Positions 1-11,187 of a DNA stretch of 64,000 nt are shown here, piece after piece. The stretch is from NCBI GenBank assembly GCA_016789205.1, contig JAEURF010000001.1, forward strand, positions 16,779 to 80,778. The letters are read 5' to 3'. The DNA comes from Anaerolineales bacterium. Lineage in GTDB: Bacteria > Chloroflexota > Anaerolineae > Anaerolineales > Villigracilaceae. The notes beneath the pieces were generated by a model. It made no database searches. It worked only from the letters and a program-made list of their open reading frames with translations, and was not told where the DNA came from. Within the stretch, counting starts at the first letter, position 1. Every line of letters begins with the position of its first letter. The position numbers were made by a program, and so were the translations under genes.

Positions 1-1809
1 CAATGTATCAGACATAGCAATTAAACCTATTGGAGTTTTGTTTTCAGCAACCCACATGAGGGTTTTGCCTTTTTGTTGTAGCGACTGTGCTTTTTGAAGC
101 ATATCCGCTGAAAGTGAAATCTCTGCTTCATCCATTAATTTTTGATTGCCAATCCAAATTATATTTTTGTTGAAAGTGGCTTTTAAACCGCGTCCTGTTA
201 ATGATTCGACTTCATTTATAACAGAAGCAAGTACACCCTGAGTTTGAGCCGCACGTACAACTGCTTGCGCAAGTGGATGTGCGGAACGTGATTCTGCTCC
301 AGCGGCAATAGACAATACTTCATTTTCTTTTTTACCAGATTCAGAAAATGCTATTACATCTGTTACTTCTGGATGACCATGTGTAATGGTTCCTGTTTTG
401 TCAAAAGCAATAGCTTTAAGTCGCCCAAGATTTTCAAGGTGTGTGCCACCTTTTACTAATACACCGTTTCGCGCGGCTTGTGCCACACCTGCAAGAATCG
501 AAGCAGGCGTGCCCAGTGCAAGCGCACAAGGTGATGCGGCGACTAATAAAGTCATAGCTCGAAGGAATGATTCGCGAAATGGAAAACCGAACAATGGTGG
601 AACGACGATTATTAACGCAGTGAGAATCAACACAGCAGGCACAAAGACGCGCTCAAATTTTTCAACAGTTTGTTGCGTGGGTGATTTTTGCGCCTGCGCT
701 TCTTCAACCATTTTCATCACACGCGCAAGGGTTGAGTCCTTTGCAAGACGAGTTACTTTTACTTCTAATGCACCTTCACCATTAACAGTACTAGCAAACA
801 CATTATCACTTGTGGTTTTATCCACAGGTAGTGATTCACCGGTTACTGATGATTGGTCAATACCGGATTGCCCGCTTAAGATAATTCCATCAACAGGAAT
901 ACGAACGCCTGGGCGAACAATTACAATATCATCTAGTTGAAGCGATTCAACAGGAAGTTCTTGTTCTTTGTTATCACGACGAACGAGTGCGACCTTAGGT
1001 GCGAGGTCTGCGAGGGCACGAACTGCACGACGAGCACGATCTAGTGCGCGTTCTTCCAACGAATGACCAAGACTGAAAAGGAAAAGCAACAATGCGCCTT
1101 CTGCAAATTCGCCGAGGAATGCTGCGCCAATTGCGGCGACAACCATTAATCCATCAGTATCAAAATGTTTTTCTCTCAAAGCGTGCCACGCATGGCGTGC
1201 AATATCCCAACCGCCGAAGAGATAAGCTGATATATAAAACCCGATACTTAAAAGATTTGGGAAGTTTAATAATAAACCACCTAGCCACCCAATCAGCAAC
1301 AATAAGCCTGATAGTAAACTAAATAGTAATTCACGATTTTCTTGCAACCGTGCTTGAAATCCATCCAGTGGAATTTGATACCCTAATGAACGGATTCTTT
1401 TTTCAATAGCGGCGCGGCTTATTTTTTGATTGTCATATTCAATCCACATTTTTTCAGCAGGGTAGTTGACATTGACAGATAGCACGCCATCCATCCGCCC
1501 GACGCTGTGTTCAATCACAAGACTACAATCAGAACAATCCATATTTTCGATAGGAATTGATTCGTGATGAAAGCGGTTGATGATTTCTACCCCTGCACGT
1601 TCTGCAAGGCGTTTTACATCGGATAAGGTTAAGAGATTCGGGTCATAGTGTAGACATAAATCTATGGGTGTTTTGTCACGCTTAATATGGGCGCGTAAGA
1701 TACCTTTATAGTTTTGAAGTGATGTTTCGAGACGAACAAGACATTCATCTTTTTCATTTTCAATGCCTGGTAAGAGTAGTGGGATTTCAAGATCAATTGT
1801 TTGTTCCAT
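1..1809 (-). CDS. Heavy-metal P1B-type ATPase (SPC motif, P1B-4-like, Zn/Co/Cd), 3' end outside window
   Basis: Reverse-strand frame from ATG at 1809 (MEQTIDLEIPLLLPGIE...) contains an N-terminal CSDC HMA motif, TGES, ASPCAL, FDKTGT and SAHPLA. It is missing from the ORF track because it runs off the window edge. Confidence 0.92.
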   Translation of the reverse strand, partial: MEQTIDLEIPLLLPGIENEKDECLVRLETSLQNYKGILRAHIKRDKTPIDLCLHYDPNLLTLSDVKRLAERAGVEIINRFHHESIPIENMDCSDCSLVIEHSVGRMDGVLSVNVNYPAEKMWIEYDNQKISRAAIEKRIRSLGYQIPLDGFQARLQENRELLFSLLSGLLLLIGWLGGLLLNFPNLLSIGFYISAYLFGGWDIARHAWHALREKHFDTDGLMVVAAIGAAFLGEFAEGALLLFLFSLGHSLEERALDRARRAVRALADLAPKVALVRRDNKEQELPVESLQLDDIVIVRPGVRIPVDGIILSGQSGIDQSSVTGESLPVDKTTSDNVFASTVNGEGALEVKVTRLAKDSTLARVMKMVEEAQAQKSPTQQTVEKFERVFVPAVLILTALIIVVPPLFGFPFRESFLRAMTLLVAASPCALALGTPASILAGVAQAARNGVLVKGGTHLENLGRLKAIAFDKTGTITHGHPEVTDVIAFSESGKKENEVLSIAAGAESRSAHPLAQAVVRAAQTQGVLASVINEVESLTGRGLKATFNKNIIWIGNQKLMDEAEISLSADMLQKAQSLQQKGKTLMWVAENKTPIGLIAMSDTL

Positions 1810-1916
1810 AATATAATTCCATTTCAAATTTTAATAAATACAAGTTATACAAAGTCCAAAAGATGATTTTGGTTTTTATATAGGATATGAAGAGAAAACC
1901 TGTCTCGTATGTAAAA

Positions 1917-2168
1917 TTAAAATGTCGGAGGGTGGGAAATTTTTGCGCTTAGATTAAAAGCACGGGTGCTATCCCGTATTTGCGTAATTGCAGTGGCGGG
2001 CGTTTGGGTGAATGTTTGTGCTTGTTCGTGTTGAGCGATGACACTATGGATTGAGCAGTTGGATTCCTGAGTAACATGAGATGTATTATCGGCAGATAAA
2101 AACCAGTGGTTTGATGCGCCCATAATCAGGAGAAAAAGCAGCAAAGTGAGAATAAGTCGTCGAGTCAA
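1917..2168 (-). CDS. Small exported protein with C-terminal HPP motif (DUF2946-like)
   Basis: Hydrophobic N-terminus, CxxH, ends ISHPPTF; lies between the ArsR gene and the ATPase; TTG start at 2168 assumed. Confidence 0.45.
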   Translation of the reverse strand: MTRRLILTLLLFLLIMGASNHWFLSADNTSHVTQESNCSIHSVIAQHEQAQTFTQTPATAITQIRDSTRAFNLSAKISHPPTF

Positions 2169-2178
2169 GGCAATCCTA

Positions 2179-2469
2179 TTAGCCGTGCTGTACGTGGTCA
2201 AGGCCACGATGGAAAAGTTCAATCACATGCTTATCATCAAGTGAGTAAAAGACCTGCCTGCCTGATTTTCGCGCACGGACAAGCCGCATTTGCCGTAATC
2301 CACGCAATTGATGGGATACTGCCGATTCAGTCATATTAAGTTCTTCGGCCAGTGAACTAACACGTGTCTCTCCTTCAATGAGTAAAGAGATGATGCGTAC
2401 ACGGCTGGCATCGCTTAAGGCGCTGAATAACTCAGCAAGTTGAATGGCATTGATATCCGTAAGTTTCAT
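2179..2469 (-). CDS. ArsR/SmtB family metalloregulator with alpha5 site
   Basis: SAVSHQLR helix-turn-helix, plus DKH-x10-H-x2-H alpha5 metal-binding motif at the C-terminus. Confidence 0.93.
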   Translation of the reverse strand: MKLTDINAIQLAELFSALSDASRVRIISLLIEGETRVSSLAEELNMTESAVSHQLRGLRQMRLVRARKSGRQVFYSLDDKHVIELFHRGLDHVQHG

Positions 2470-2472
2470 ACT

Positions 2473-2526
2473 ATTGAATAGTTGAGCAAGTATTCATATA
2501 TTACTCGACAAAAAAAAGACTGTCAA
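2473..2526 (-). promoter_or_regulatory. Sigma70 promoter with SmtB/CzrA-type operator
   Basis: TTGACA (2526-2521), 17 bp, TAATAT (2503-2498); imperfect palindrome ATATGAATACTTGCTCAACTATTCAAT over the start site. Confidence 0.7.
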
Positions 2527-2583
2527 GATCCCATTATTTCTGTGTTGTCGCGTGTGGATATCGAATTTCAATAACTTTCCATT

Positions 2584-3159
2584 CTAAGACTCAAATGCAT
2601 CACGAATCGCCGCACGTTGTAATAGATGTAAGGTTTCTGCGAGCTTCTCAGGAGTATAGGGGCGGCGTTTTTCAAGCCACCACTGTAGCAACGTAAGCTG
2701 TGCGCCAGCAAGGTAATTTGCTAACACATCAAATGGAATGAGGCTATCAGACTCTATAAAATCTGTACGTAACATCGTTTCGATGTACTGAGCATTCCAA
2801 TCACGCATTTTTCGCAGGCTTTCTCTGTTCTGAAAAATAGGATACAGGTGTGTCCGCCCATCTTGAAGGTGCTTATATGCGGCTGTCATTCCGTGTGGAG
2901 TTTCAGGGGAGAGTAGTTCTTTACGAGATAGTGAATAAAGTATTCTGGAATCAAACGCGTTGATCATGGCTTTGTGACAATTCGTAAACAAGTCATCTTT
3001 GCTGTTATAGTGCAAATAAAAGGTGGTCCTGCCAAGATTGGCACGGTCCACAATGTCTTGAATCGTAATTTCATCGTATTCATGTTCTTGAATCAATTCA
3101 ATTAGCGTTTTTTGTAAAAGTTCTTGTGTGCGTTGCACTCGTCGATCGGTCTTTCTCAT
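2584..3159 (-). CDS. TetR/AcrR family regulator
   Basis: DRRVQRT...ITIQDIVDRANLGRTTFYLHY N-terminal HTH. Confidence 0.95.
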   Translation of the reverse strand: MRKTDRRVQRTQELLQKTLIELIQEHEYDEITIQDIVDRANLGRTTFYLHYNSKDDLFTNCHKAMINAFDSRILYSLSRKELLSPETPHGMTAAYKHLQDGRTHLYPIFQNRESLRKMRDWNAQYIETMLRTDFIESDSLIPFDVLANYLAGAQLTLLQWWLEKRRPYTPEKLAETLHLLQRAAIRDAFES

Positions 3160-3181
3160 AAAATATCCTTATCTTGCAAGA

Positions 3182-3211
3182 TTATGAACAATATCATTGA
3201 ATTGTTCATAA
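3182..3211. promoter_or_regulatory. Probable TetR operator
   Basis: Perfect 11-bp inverted repeat TTATGAACAAT-N8-ATTGTTCATAA in the divergent intergenic region. Confidence 0.7.
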
Positions 3212-3305
3212 AACCACAGATTCTTTATGATGCTTATTGATTTCATTCGCAAAATACTGTACCATCCACAATTGAAATTCTAAAAATAAACTTGGAGAAA
3301 CTATC

Positions 3306-3476
3306 ATGTCAGAAAATCAAAACGACCCACACCGTGGAATCCCTCCCGGCACACCCCGCTGGGTGAAAGCAATGATCATTCTCTTCATTGTATTGATCAT
3401 AATAATAGTCATTATGCATTTAACTGGTAATAGTTTTGGTGGTCATAATATGTCATTTACAACAGATTGGCTTTAA
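3306..3476 (+). CDS. 56-aa single-TM small protein (GTPRWVK motif)
   Basis: GGAG RBS; MSENQNDPHRGIPPGTPRWVKAMIILFIVLIIIIVIMHLTGNSFGGH...; stop lies 4 nt before the next ATG; below the ORF-track cutoff. Confidence 0.7.
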   Translation: MSENQNDPHRGIPPGTPRWVKAMIILFIVLIIIIVIMHLTGNSFGGHNMSFTTDWL

Positions 3477-3480
3477 AAGA

Positions 3481-4011
3481 ATGTCTCGTGGTCTTCGTAA
3501 ATTTGTATTGACTGCACATGTGGTTTTCACAGTAAGTTGGCTGGGTGCAGTCCTTGTTTTTTTAGTTCTTGCAATCTCTGGCATAACTAGCAAAGATATT
3601 CTTTTAATAAGGTCAGATTATCTCGCGATGGAATTAATTGCTCGCTTTGTAATCGTTCCGTTAAGCTTTGCTCCACTCATTACAGGACCTATTTTGTCAC
3701 TAGGAACTCCATGGGGTTTGTTTCGGCATTATTGGATACTAGTAAAGCTCGTAATCACTATTCTTTGTACAGGGATCATGCAATTGCATATGCAACCGAT
3801 TAATCATTTAGCAGATATTGCAATACAGGTTGGCGTATTCAGTGATGATTTATATAAAATGCAAGTTCAAATGGTGATTGCATCCAGTGCAGCTCTAATC
3901 GCATTAATCATCACAACTGTGCTGGCAGTTTACAAACCACGAGGGATGACAACTTATGGTTGGCGTAAACAATATGAAGAGCGTATTACATCATCAGAAA
4001 TAGATACCTAA
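3481..4011 (+). CDS. DUF2269-like membrane protein
   Basis: LTAHVVFTVSWLG, GTPWGLFRHYWILVKL and AVYKP motifs; 4 TM; start moved to ATG 3481. Confidence 0.75.
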   Translation: MSRGLRKFVLTAHVVFTVSWLGAVLVFLVLAISGITSKDILLIRSDYLAMELIARFVIVPLSFAPLITGPILSLGTPWGLFRHYWILVKLVITILCTGIMQLHMQPINHLADIAIQVGVFSDDLYKMQVQMVIASSAALIALIITTVLAVYKPRGMTTYGWRKQYEERITSSEIDT

Positions 4012-4035
4012 TCTAAAATTCAAATCAAAGTTTAG

Positions 4036-6501
4036 TTATATTTTCACACTTCGTAATCGCAAACTATTTGTTACCACAAAGACACTGCTAAATGCCATAG
4101 CACCAGCCGCAAGCATCGGGTTTAAATATCCGAGTGCAGCGGCGGGAATTAACACTACGTTATAGAAAAATGCCCAGAACAGATTTTGTTTAATGGTTGA
4201 TAATGTTTTTCGTGATAAGTTAATTGCTTTTGCAACACCGCGCAAATCGCCACTCATTAAAGTAATCGGTGCCGCCGCCATCGCAACATCGGTTCCAGTA
4301 CCAATTGCTAAACCGACATCCGCTTGGGCAAGTGCCGGGGCATCGTTTACTCCATCACCGACCATGGCAACGATATTCGTAATTCGCGATTCGTGATTCG
4401 TAATTTGAAGTTTCTTAACTTCAGAAGATTTTCCTTCTGGTAAAACTTCCGCAAGCACAGTATCAACACCTACCTGTTTGGCAATTGCTTCGGCAGTTTT
4501 TTGGTTATCACCTGTCATCATCACCACTTGCAGATTCATTTTATGTAAATCTGCAATTGCATCTTTTGATGATTCCTTAATTGTGTCTGCTACAGCAATG
4601 ATTCCAGCAAATTGATTATCAATCGCAACTAACATGGCAGTCTTGGCTTCTGATTGCAAACGCGATATTTCAGATTCAAAATCCGCAATTTGGATTCCTT
4701 TATCTGCAAACATTTTTTTATTCCCAACCATCACGCTTTGTGACTCGACCTCAGCCTGCACGCCAAACCCAGGGGTTGATTTGAACCCCGATATTTCTGC
4801 CAAACTTAATCCGCGTGTAGTAGCTTCTGCCCAAATCGCTTCGCCGAGTGGATGTTCAGAGCCACGTTCAACAGATGCGGCGAGTCTTAATAATTCGTTA
4901 TCCGTAATGCGTAATTCGTAACTTGTATCTTGTAACTTGCTACTTCTCACTATATCTGTAACTGCTGGTTGACCTTTTGTAATCGTGCCAGTCTTATCTA
5001 ATACAACAACATTTACATTGCCTGCACGTTCTAGGGCTTCACTATTTTTGAACAAGACTCCAATTTCTGCGCCTTTGCCAGAACCGACCATAATTGCTGT
5101 TGGTGTAGCAAGTCCCATCGCGCAAGGACATGCAATTACTAAAACTGCAACCATATTAATCAAACCAATCGTGAATGGAGAATCGGTAAATTGGTAATTG
5201 GTAAGTGGAACAATGAAATACCAGGCTGCAAAAGTCAGTAAAGCAATCACAATTACGATTGGCACGAACACAGCCGATACTTGATCTGCTAGCTTTTGAA
5301 TCGGTGCTTTGCTTCCTTGTGCATCTTCAACTAATTTAATAATTCTTGCTAAAGCAGTTTCTCTGCCAACTTTCGTGGCTTCAAATTTAATCAAGCCAAG
5401 TTTGTTTAAGGTTGCGCCTATCACTGAATCGCCTTGATTCTTTTCCACAGGCAATGATTCACCCGTCAGCATTGATTCGTCTATCGAGCTTCGTCCTTCG
5501 ATGATGACACCATCTACTGGAATGGTTTCACCTGGTTTTACTAGCACAATGTCACCGACAAGAACAGAGTCAATTGAAACAGAAACCTCTGCCCCGTCGC
5601 GAATGAGGCGTGCGGTTTTGGGTCTGAGTCCAATTAATTTTTTAATAGCTTCGGAGGTTCGTCCTTTGGCACGGGCTTCTAAAAATTTTCCGAGCCGAAT
5701 CAAAACGATGATGACCGCGGCTGTTTCAAAATAAACATGCCCAGAAAGTGCGCCAAACGCAATAAAGATTGAATAAAAATAAGCAACTGATGTGCCCATA
5801 GCGATTAGCACATCCATATTTGCAGAGCCATTGCGAAGAGATTTATATGCGCCAACATAATATTGCCACCCGACATAAAATTGAACAGGCGCGGCAACTA
5901 ACATCATCGAAATATTTACCCAACTTTCATGCGCCCAATGACCTAAGATATTAAAATCGCGCAACATGGAAAAAACAAAAAGTGGAATTGTAAAAATTAA
6001 ACCAATGATGAACAATCGTTTTTGTTCATTGATTTCGTGTTCGCGGGCTTTGGCTTCGACATCTTCACTTTCGTTGCCGAGTTCTACCGCTTCAAAACCT
6101 GTGTTTGTAACAGTTCGTCGAATTTCGGCTTGGGTGATGATGGTGGGAATATATTTTATTTTTGCTTTTTCATTGGCAACATTGACGCTGGCTTCTAACA
6201 CGCCATCTAGTTTTGACAAAGCAGTTTCAAGAATGCGGGCATCGTTATCATCTGATAATCTTTTGATGATTAATTCAGCATCTCCAGTAGCAACGCCGTA
6301 GCCCGCACGGTCTACTCGTGCAATAAAATCTTTTATTTGGAGTTTTGAATCATCATAGTCTACTGTGGCACGTTCAGACGAAAGATTTACGACAGCAGAA
6401 TTCACGCCATCTAGCTTTTTTAGATTGCGTTCTACGGTGGCGACACAGTTGGCACAAGTCATGCCTGTGATAGGGAGGGTAAGTTGTTTAGAGGTAGACA
6501 T
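4036..6501 (-). CDS. copA: Cu(I)-translocating P1B-1 ATPase
   Basis: [33 protein letters not shown] and MAFSS motifs. Confidence 0.97.
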   Translation of the reverse strand: MSTSKQLTLPITGMTCANCVATVERNLKKLDGVNSAVVNLSSERATVDYDDSKLQIKDFIARVDRAGYGVATGDAELIIKRLSDDNDARILETALSKLDGVLEASVNVANEKAKIKYIPTIITQAEIRRTVTNTGFEAVELGNESEDVEAKAREHEINEQKRLFIIGLIFTIPLFVFSMLRDFNILGHWAHESWVNISMMLVAAPVQFYVGWQYYVGAYKSLRNGSANMDVLIAMGTSVAYFYSIFIAFGALSGHVYFETAAVIIVLIRLGKFLEARAKGRTSEAIKKLIGLRPKTARLIRDGAEVSVSIDSVLVGDIVLVKPGETIPVDGVIIEGRSSIDESMLTGESLPVEKNQGDSVIGATLNKLGLIKFEATKVGRETALARIIKLVEDAQGSKAPIQKLADQVSAVFVPIVIVIALLTFAAWYFIVPLTNYQFTDSPFTIGLINMVAVLVIACPCAMGLATPTAIMVGSGKGAEIGVLFKNSEALERAGNVNVVVLDKTGTITKGQPAVTDIVRSSKLQDTSYELRITDNELLRLAASVERGSEHPLGEAIWAEATTRGLSLAEISGFKSTPGFGVQAEVESQSVMVGNKKMFADKGIQIADFESEISRLQSEAKTAMLVAIDNQFAGIIAVADTIKESSKDAIADLHKMNLQVVMMTGDNQKTAEAIAKQVGVDTVLAEVLPEGKSSEVKKLQITNHESRITNIVAMVGDGVNDAPALAQADVGLAIGTGTDVAMAAAPITLMSGDLRGVAKAINLSRKTLSTIKQNLFWAFFYNVVLIPAAALGYLNPMLAAGAMAFSSVFVVTNSLRLRSVKI
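4375..4409. repeat. Heptamer tandem repeat inside copA
   Basis: ATTCGTA ATTCGCG ATTCGTG ATTCGTA ATTTGAA; encodes [11 protein letters not shown]. Confidence 0.7.
4893..4948. repeat. Heptamer tandem repeat inside copA
   Basis: ATTCGTT ATCCGTA ATGCGTA ATTCGTA ACTTGTA TCTTGTA ACTTGCT ACTTCTC; encodes [18 protein letters not shown]. Confidence 0.65.
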
Positions 6502-7260
6502 TTATTTTTTACTTTCTGAAATATTTTTTTTAAATTCGATTTTATTAATAATGATTTGGTTTATGAAGTAAAGGCTTATTATCATGATGAGGAAGGCTAT
6601 AATTTGTGCTACTCGAAGTCCTGCGAACCAGTAATTGCTATCTCCTCGAAAGGCTTCGAGAAAAATACTAGCCAAAGAAGAAAGTACAACTAGAAATAAA
6701 AAGTTTATGCCTTTTCCATCATGGTGTAGGATTCTTTTTTGAATCATAAAGAATATTGCCACTGCAATGAGGGTTTCATAAAATTGAGAAGGATGGCGAT
6801 ATTCATTGGATAAATGAATACCCCAAGGCAAAGTTGTTGGTGCGCCATAGGCATTTCCACTAAAAATATGGGAGATACCTACAAAAACCATAAACATCGC
6901 TAGGCCAGGTGCTGTTGCATCAAGCGCCAATAGAAAGGGAATTTTTTTTCTTTGAATCCATGATAGAAAAAAAATTAAACCAGTAGTTACGCCGAAAATT
7001 GGAGATAGGGTAGTTGGGGATAAGGAAAACAAACTTAGAGGTTTGGAAATAAAAAGAGTTGGGAACTCTAAGGCATAACCTATTCGTCCGCCAACTGCAC
7101 CAGCCAATAAACTATAAAAAATGATGTCGTTAAGGCTAATTTTTAAATTTAACCGAGAGGCTTCTCGTTCAATAATCGAGATGCTCACCCATAATCCGAT
7201 AAGTAACGACAAACTTGCCAAAGGCAAAATGAACAGACCAAGGCGCAGATATGGAAACAT
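6502..7260 (-). CDS. Prolipoprotein diacylglyceryl transferase (Lgt)-like membrane protein
   Basis: GGRIGY, G..YG.PT.LPWG, RHPSQFYE and EAFRGD motifs; some canonical residues are altered. Confidence 0.8.
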   Translation of the reverse strand: MFPYLRLGLFILPLASLSLLIGLWVSISIIEREASRLNLKISLNDIIFYSLLAGAVGGRIGYALEFPTLFISKPLSLFSLSPTTLSPIFGVTTGLIFFLSWIQRKKIPFLLALDATAPGLAMFMVFVGISHIFSGNAYGAPTTLPWGIHLSNEYRHPSQFYETLIAVAIFFMIQKRILHHDGKGINFLFLVVLSSLASIFLEAFRGDSNYWFAGLRVAQIIAFLIMIISLYFINQIIINKIEFKKNISESKK

Positions 7261-7830
7261 TTACTGTTCTTCTTTCAATAGTGCTTCTATTTTAGATTTA
7301 ATAACCGTTTCACTCATCGGCCCACCAATAATTATGGTGCGGATAATTCCTTCGCGGTCAACAAAGTAAGTGGAAGGTAATGCATTGTTCTGATATAAAT
7401 TCGCGACTTTTCCTTCTATATCCAACAAAATAGGGTAGGTCAATGTAAAATCACGAACGAAATTTTTTACATTATCAATAGAATCTTGATTGGCGAGGTC
7501 TATACCAAGAATAACAATGTCTACATCTTTATATTGTTCAAAGGAATTTTGTAGAGCAGGGGTTTCAGCACGACAGGGCGGGCACCAAGTTGCCCAAAAA
7601 TTAATTACTACAATTTTCCCACGCAATGTGGAAAGTGTAATCTGGCTTCCATCTAAAGTATTTAGGGTAAAGTCGGGAGCGAGAAATCCTTCACGGGGAG
7701 CAGATACTACATCTATGATGTTTGAAGATAGATTGCGTGAGAAGTAAATCCAAAATATGCTAAATGCAATCAAAATGAATGCAGATAGCTTGAAATTTCT
7801 TACCCAATCAAAGGTGATAGTATCGGTCAC
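7261..7830 (-). CDS. TlpA/ResA-like thiol-disulfide oxidoreductase
   Basis: APDFTL and NFWATWCPPCRAE motifs; N-terminal TM anchor. Confidence 0.93.
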   Translation of the reverse strand: MTDTITFDWVRNFKLSAFILIAFSIFWIYFSRNLSSNIIDVVSAPREGFLAPDFTLNTLDGSQITLSTLRGKIVVINFWATWCPPCRAETPALQNSFEQYKDVDIVILGIDLANQDSIDNVKNFVRDFTLTYPILLDIEGKVANLYQNNALPSTYFVDREGIIRTIIIGGPMSETVIKSKIEALLKEEQ

Positions 7831-7844
7831 GAAATACGCTCTTC

Positions 7845-8576
7845 TTACTCAAAACTGAGTTGATCTAATTTTTTATTCAGTGTTTGTATTTCAAAGATAT
7901 TTGGCACAACCAGCCAAATAATTGCAAGCCCTGCTAATGTTCCTGTTATCCATCTAGCCCATGAATTGAAAGAACCTAATCCATCGCCGCTATAAAAATT
8001 TTGAGAAAAACTATTATTTGTTACTTGAACAAGCCAAAGGTTGCTATCGCGAAAGCCGTTACCAATGCCAGCAAGATCGCTGAGGGTATGTGTGCCGCCA
8101 TCTAAAATTATTGGCAGCAATAACAAAAGTGCAGTCCATAAAGAAATACCTTTTATCTTGTTTCTAAGCCAATAAAAGATGAGTGCAAAAACCCAAATGC
8201 TTGTATAAAATGAAATCATGCGGTCTGACCAAGCTACTTTCCAACCCATCGTCGAATTACCAATGAATTGGCGAAGAATCATTGGGTTAGTGGTATTTTG
8301 CCAAACTATTTGTATTTCGCTTAACGGGTACATGCTTTGCTCACCGAATATAAAAAAAGAGCGCTGTGGTAGTTGGTGGCAGAAAAAAGAATACATGAAA
8401 TAAATCGTATCGCCTGAAGATGTCCAGCCCAATTTCATCATTAAAGGTGCAAACCAAGGGATAATAACCCAAATGCCATAAACAACTAAAAATATTTTAA
8501 ATAAATGATTAGACATCCAAGTTGCAATTGAATGTAAGTTCAATGTTTTAGGCGAAGTTAAAGAAATGTTACTCAT
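7845..8576 (-). CDS. DUF2085 family membrane protein
   Basis: YSFFCHQLPQRSF and LDGGTH motifs; start placed at ATG 8576. Confidence 0.8.
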   Translation of the reverse strand: MSNISLTSPKTLNLHSIATWMSNHLFKIFLVVYGIWVIIPWFAPLMMKLGWTSSGDTIYFMYSFFCHQLPQRSFFIFGEQSMYPLSEIQIVWQNTTNPMILRQFIGNSTMGWKVAWSDRMISFYTSIWVFALIFYWLRNKIKGISLWTALLLLLPIILDGGTHTLSDLAGIGNGFRDSNLWLVQVTNNSFSQNFYSGDGLGSFNSWARWITGTLAGLAIIWLVVPNIFEIQTLNKKLDQLSFE

Positions 8577-8580
8577 CGAA

Positions 8581-8787
8581 TCATTCATCATCCAGTGGAT
8601 GTTCAATCTCTCCTGCAATGAAAGCATTTGGGTTTTCCTCAAACACACGCAAACAAGCACGGGTACAGAAATATATCTGCTCGCCTTCATAAATAGCGGA
8701 AGGAAAGCCTGCGGTGTCTTTTATTTTCCCGCCACAGACAGTTTTCGCAAGCGGTTTTTGTAGGTTATCGAGTGATGTTTCTAACAA
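8581..8787 (-). CDS. YHS/TRASH-like small metal-binding protein
   Basis: TVCG...YEGEQIYFCTRACLRVFEENP; TTG start inferred. Confidence 0.7.
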   Translation of the reverse strand: MLETSLDNLQKPLAKTVCGGKIKDTAGFPSAIYEGEQIYFCTRACLRVFEENPNAFIAGEIEHPLDDE

Positions 8788-8794
8788 TTCGTAT

Positions 8795-8986
8795 TTAGTC
8801 CATTGATGAAGAGTGGTTATGTGAATGTTCATCGTTACTGAGATATTTCTCAGGGTCTTTGTCGAACGATTTCTTGCAACCAAGCGAACAGAAATAATAG
8901 GTTTTTCCATTGTATTCGGATGTGCCCGCAGCTGTGGCGGGATCAATATCCATGTGGCAAACGGGGTCATGTACTGTAGTTATCAT
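8795..8986 (-). CDS. YHS domain protein
   Basis: DPVCHM...YNGKTYYFCSLGCKKSFDKDPEKY. Confidence 0.92.
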   Translation of the reverse strand: MITTVHDPVCHMDIDPATAAGTSEYNGKTYYFCSLGCKKSFDKDPEKYLSNDEHSHNHSSSMD

Positions 8987-9012
8987 CGCTATCTCCTTAT
9001 TTGATATGGTTA

Positions 9013-11139
9013 TTAATTTAAATTCATACGTCGTAATAATTGAGCATTAATTGCAACGACGATTGTACTGATTGACATTAATACGGCCCCAACTGCTGGT
9101 GAAAGCAAAATTCCTGCTGATGCCAACACACCTGCCGCTAGTGGTAAAGCAATAATGTTGTAACCCGAAGCCCAAATTAGGTTTTGAATCATTTTGTTAT
9201 AGCTAGCACGGCTTAATTTAAAAATCTTTACTACATCTAATGGGTTGCTCTTCACCAAAATAATTCCTGCGGACTCAACTGCCACATCTGTACCGCTTCC
9301 GATAGCAATGCCTACATCTGCACGCGTGAGCGCGGGAGCGTCATTGACGCCATCCCCAACCATGGCTACTTTTTTACCTTGCTTTTGTAGTTCAATTACT
9401 TTTTGGTCTTTGTGTTCAGGCAATACTTCTGCAAAATACAATTTAATTCCAAGTTCATCTGCAACGGCTTTGGCAACTTCTTTGCTATCGCCTGTGAGCA
9501 TGGCAACTTGAATATTCATTTCATTTAATTTTTTAATGGCTTCGTAACTTTCAGGGCGAATGACATCTGCTAAGGCAAATGCGGCAACAATCTTTCCGTC
9601 AACGATGAGATAAATAACGCTTTGACCCTTCTGACCTGCCAAAGAAGCAAAGTACAAAATTTCATTATCGGGTTTTAGATTCAGCATTTCAAGTAAGCGA
9701 GGCCCACCAACCCACAACTCTTTTCCATTATGTTTTGCATAAATGCCGCGTCCTTTAATGGCTTCAAAGTCAGAAACAACAGGTAAATGTAAGTTCTTAT
9801 CTTTTGCAGCTTGGCGAATCGCTCTTGCAATAATATGTTCGGAATCTGCTTCAACAGCCGCAGTCAGGGCAAGTGCATGATTTTCATCTACATCTTTTGA
9901 TTTAATAGAAACTACTCCTTGTTCGCCCTTCGTGAGTGTGCCAGTCTTATCAAAAATAATTACATTAATTTCACGCGCAGCTTCAAGGGACAAACGATTG
10001 CGAATCAAAATTCCGTTTTGTGCAGCAGAGGTTGTACTAATTGCAACAACAAGCGGAACTGCTAATCCTAAAGCATGTGGACAGGCAATTACTAAAACTG
10101 TTACCACTCGTTCCAATGTGAAAAGATCAAAGCCTATTGCAATCGTCCATAAAATAGCAGTTAATGCGGCAATGCCTATCGCAAGATAGAAAAGCCAGCC
10201 CGCCGCTTTATCCGCTAATATTTGAGTATTCGATTTACTTTGTTGTGCATCACGGACAAGACGCATAATGCCAGCCAATGCGGTTTGTTCGCCGACGGCT
10301 GAAACACTTACACGCAAACTTCCATCTTGATTAATACTACCGGCGATTACTTTTGCACCAACGATTTTTTTAACTGGAAGTGATTCACCTGTAATCATCG
10401 CCTCATTCACATCTGACTCGCCATCTGCTACGACACCATCAGCTGGGATACTCGCCCCAGGGCGGACAAGTACAAGGTCGTTTAATTTCAATGAAGAAAC
10501 TGGCATGGTATGAATACTACCATCCGGCATAATGTGTTCAGCAGTATCAGGCATTAATTTTGCTAAAGCATTTAATGCGCCCGAAGCCTGACGCACACTT
10601 CGCATTTCAATCCAATGCCCTAATAACATGATGTCAATTAATGTAACGAGTTCCCAAAAGAACCCTTCACCTAAATTGAAAACCAAAGCGGCAAGGCTAT
10701 ATATGAAAGACACTGAAATCGCAAGCGAGATTAACAACATCATACCGGGCTGACGATTGCGAATCTCTGGCATGGCCATTTGAATAAATGGCACACCGCC
10801 ATAGATGAAGACAATTACAGCAAATAACGGCATCACCCACTGACTGCCTACAAACTCTGGCATCATGAATCCAAACCACATTTGCAACATGGGGGTGTAA
10901 AGCAATACTGGAATACTTAATAATAAAGAGACCCAAAATCGCTTGCGAAACATATCTTCATGCCCGCTATGATCTGTATGTCCAGCATGAGCATTTGTCT
11001 GTGAAGGTGTTGCATTATGCATTGCATGAGCAGAATGATCTTGATGAGATGAATCCATCTTTTGCACATCGTTAACTACAGGTATACCTTGTTCTTCGTG
11101 TTTCATAGATTCATAATGATGTTCATGTGGGTCGTTCAT
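9013..11139 (-). CDS. copB: P1B-3 copper ATPase
   Basis: His-rich N-terminus, [22 protein letters not shown] and MSIST motifs. Confidence 0.95.
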   Translation of the reverse strand: MNDPHEHHYESMKHEEQGIPVVNDVQKMDSSHQDHSAHAMHNATPSQTNAHAGHTDHSGHEDMFRKRFWVSLLLSIPVLLYTPMLQMWFGFMMPEFVGSQWVMPLFAVIVFIYGGVPFIQMAMPEIRNRQPGMMLLISLAISVSFIYSLAALVFNLGEGFFWELVTLIDIMLLGHWIEMRSVRQASGALNALAKLMPDTAEHIMPDGSIHTMPVSSLKLNDLVLVRPGASIPADGVVADGESDVNEAMITGESLPVKKIVGAKVIAGSINQDGSLRVSVSAVGEQTALAGIMRLVRDAQQSKSNTQILADKAAGWLFYLAIGIAALTAILWTIAIGFDLFTLERVVTVLVIACPHALGLAVPLVVAISTTSAAQNGILIRNRLSLEAAREINVIIFDKTGTLTKGEQGVVSIKSKDVDENHALALTAAVEADSEHIIARAIRQAAKDKNLHLPVVSDFEAIKGRGIYAKHNGKELWVGGPRLLEMLNLKPDNEILYFASLAGQKGQSVIYLIVDGKIVAAFALADVIRPESYEAIKKLNEMNIQVAMLTGDSKEVAKAVADELGIKLYFAEVLPEHKDQKVIELQKQGKKVAMVGDGVNDAPALTRADVGIAIGSGTDVAVESAGIILVKSNPLDVVKIFKLSRASYNKMIQNLIWASGYNIIALPLAAGVLASAGILLSPAVGAVLMSISTIVVAINAQLLRRMNLN

Positions 11140-11187
11140 AATGCCTCTTAATCAAAAGAAATAGGGGATTTTCACCCCCCTATCAAA

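Noticed and set aside
386-10936. Many short ORFs overlapping the P-type ATPases (e.g. 386-940, 4193-4396, 9245-9511)
   Set aside because: They are antisense or out-of-frame shadows of well-supported genes. The same applies to the nested ORFs in the helicase, PolB, XRE-TPR and oxidoreductase genes.
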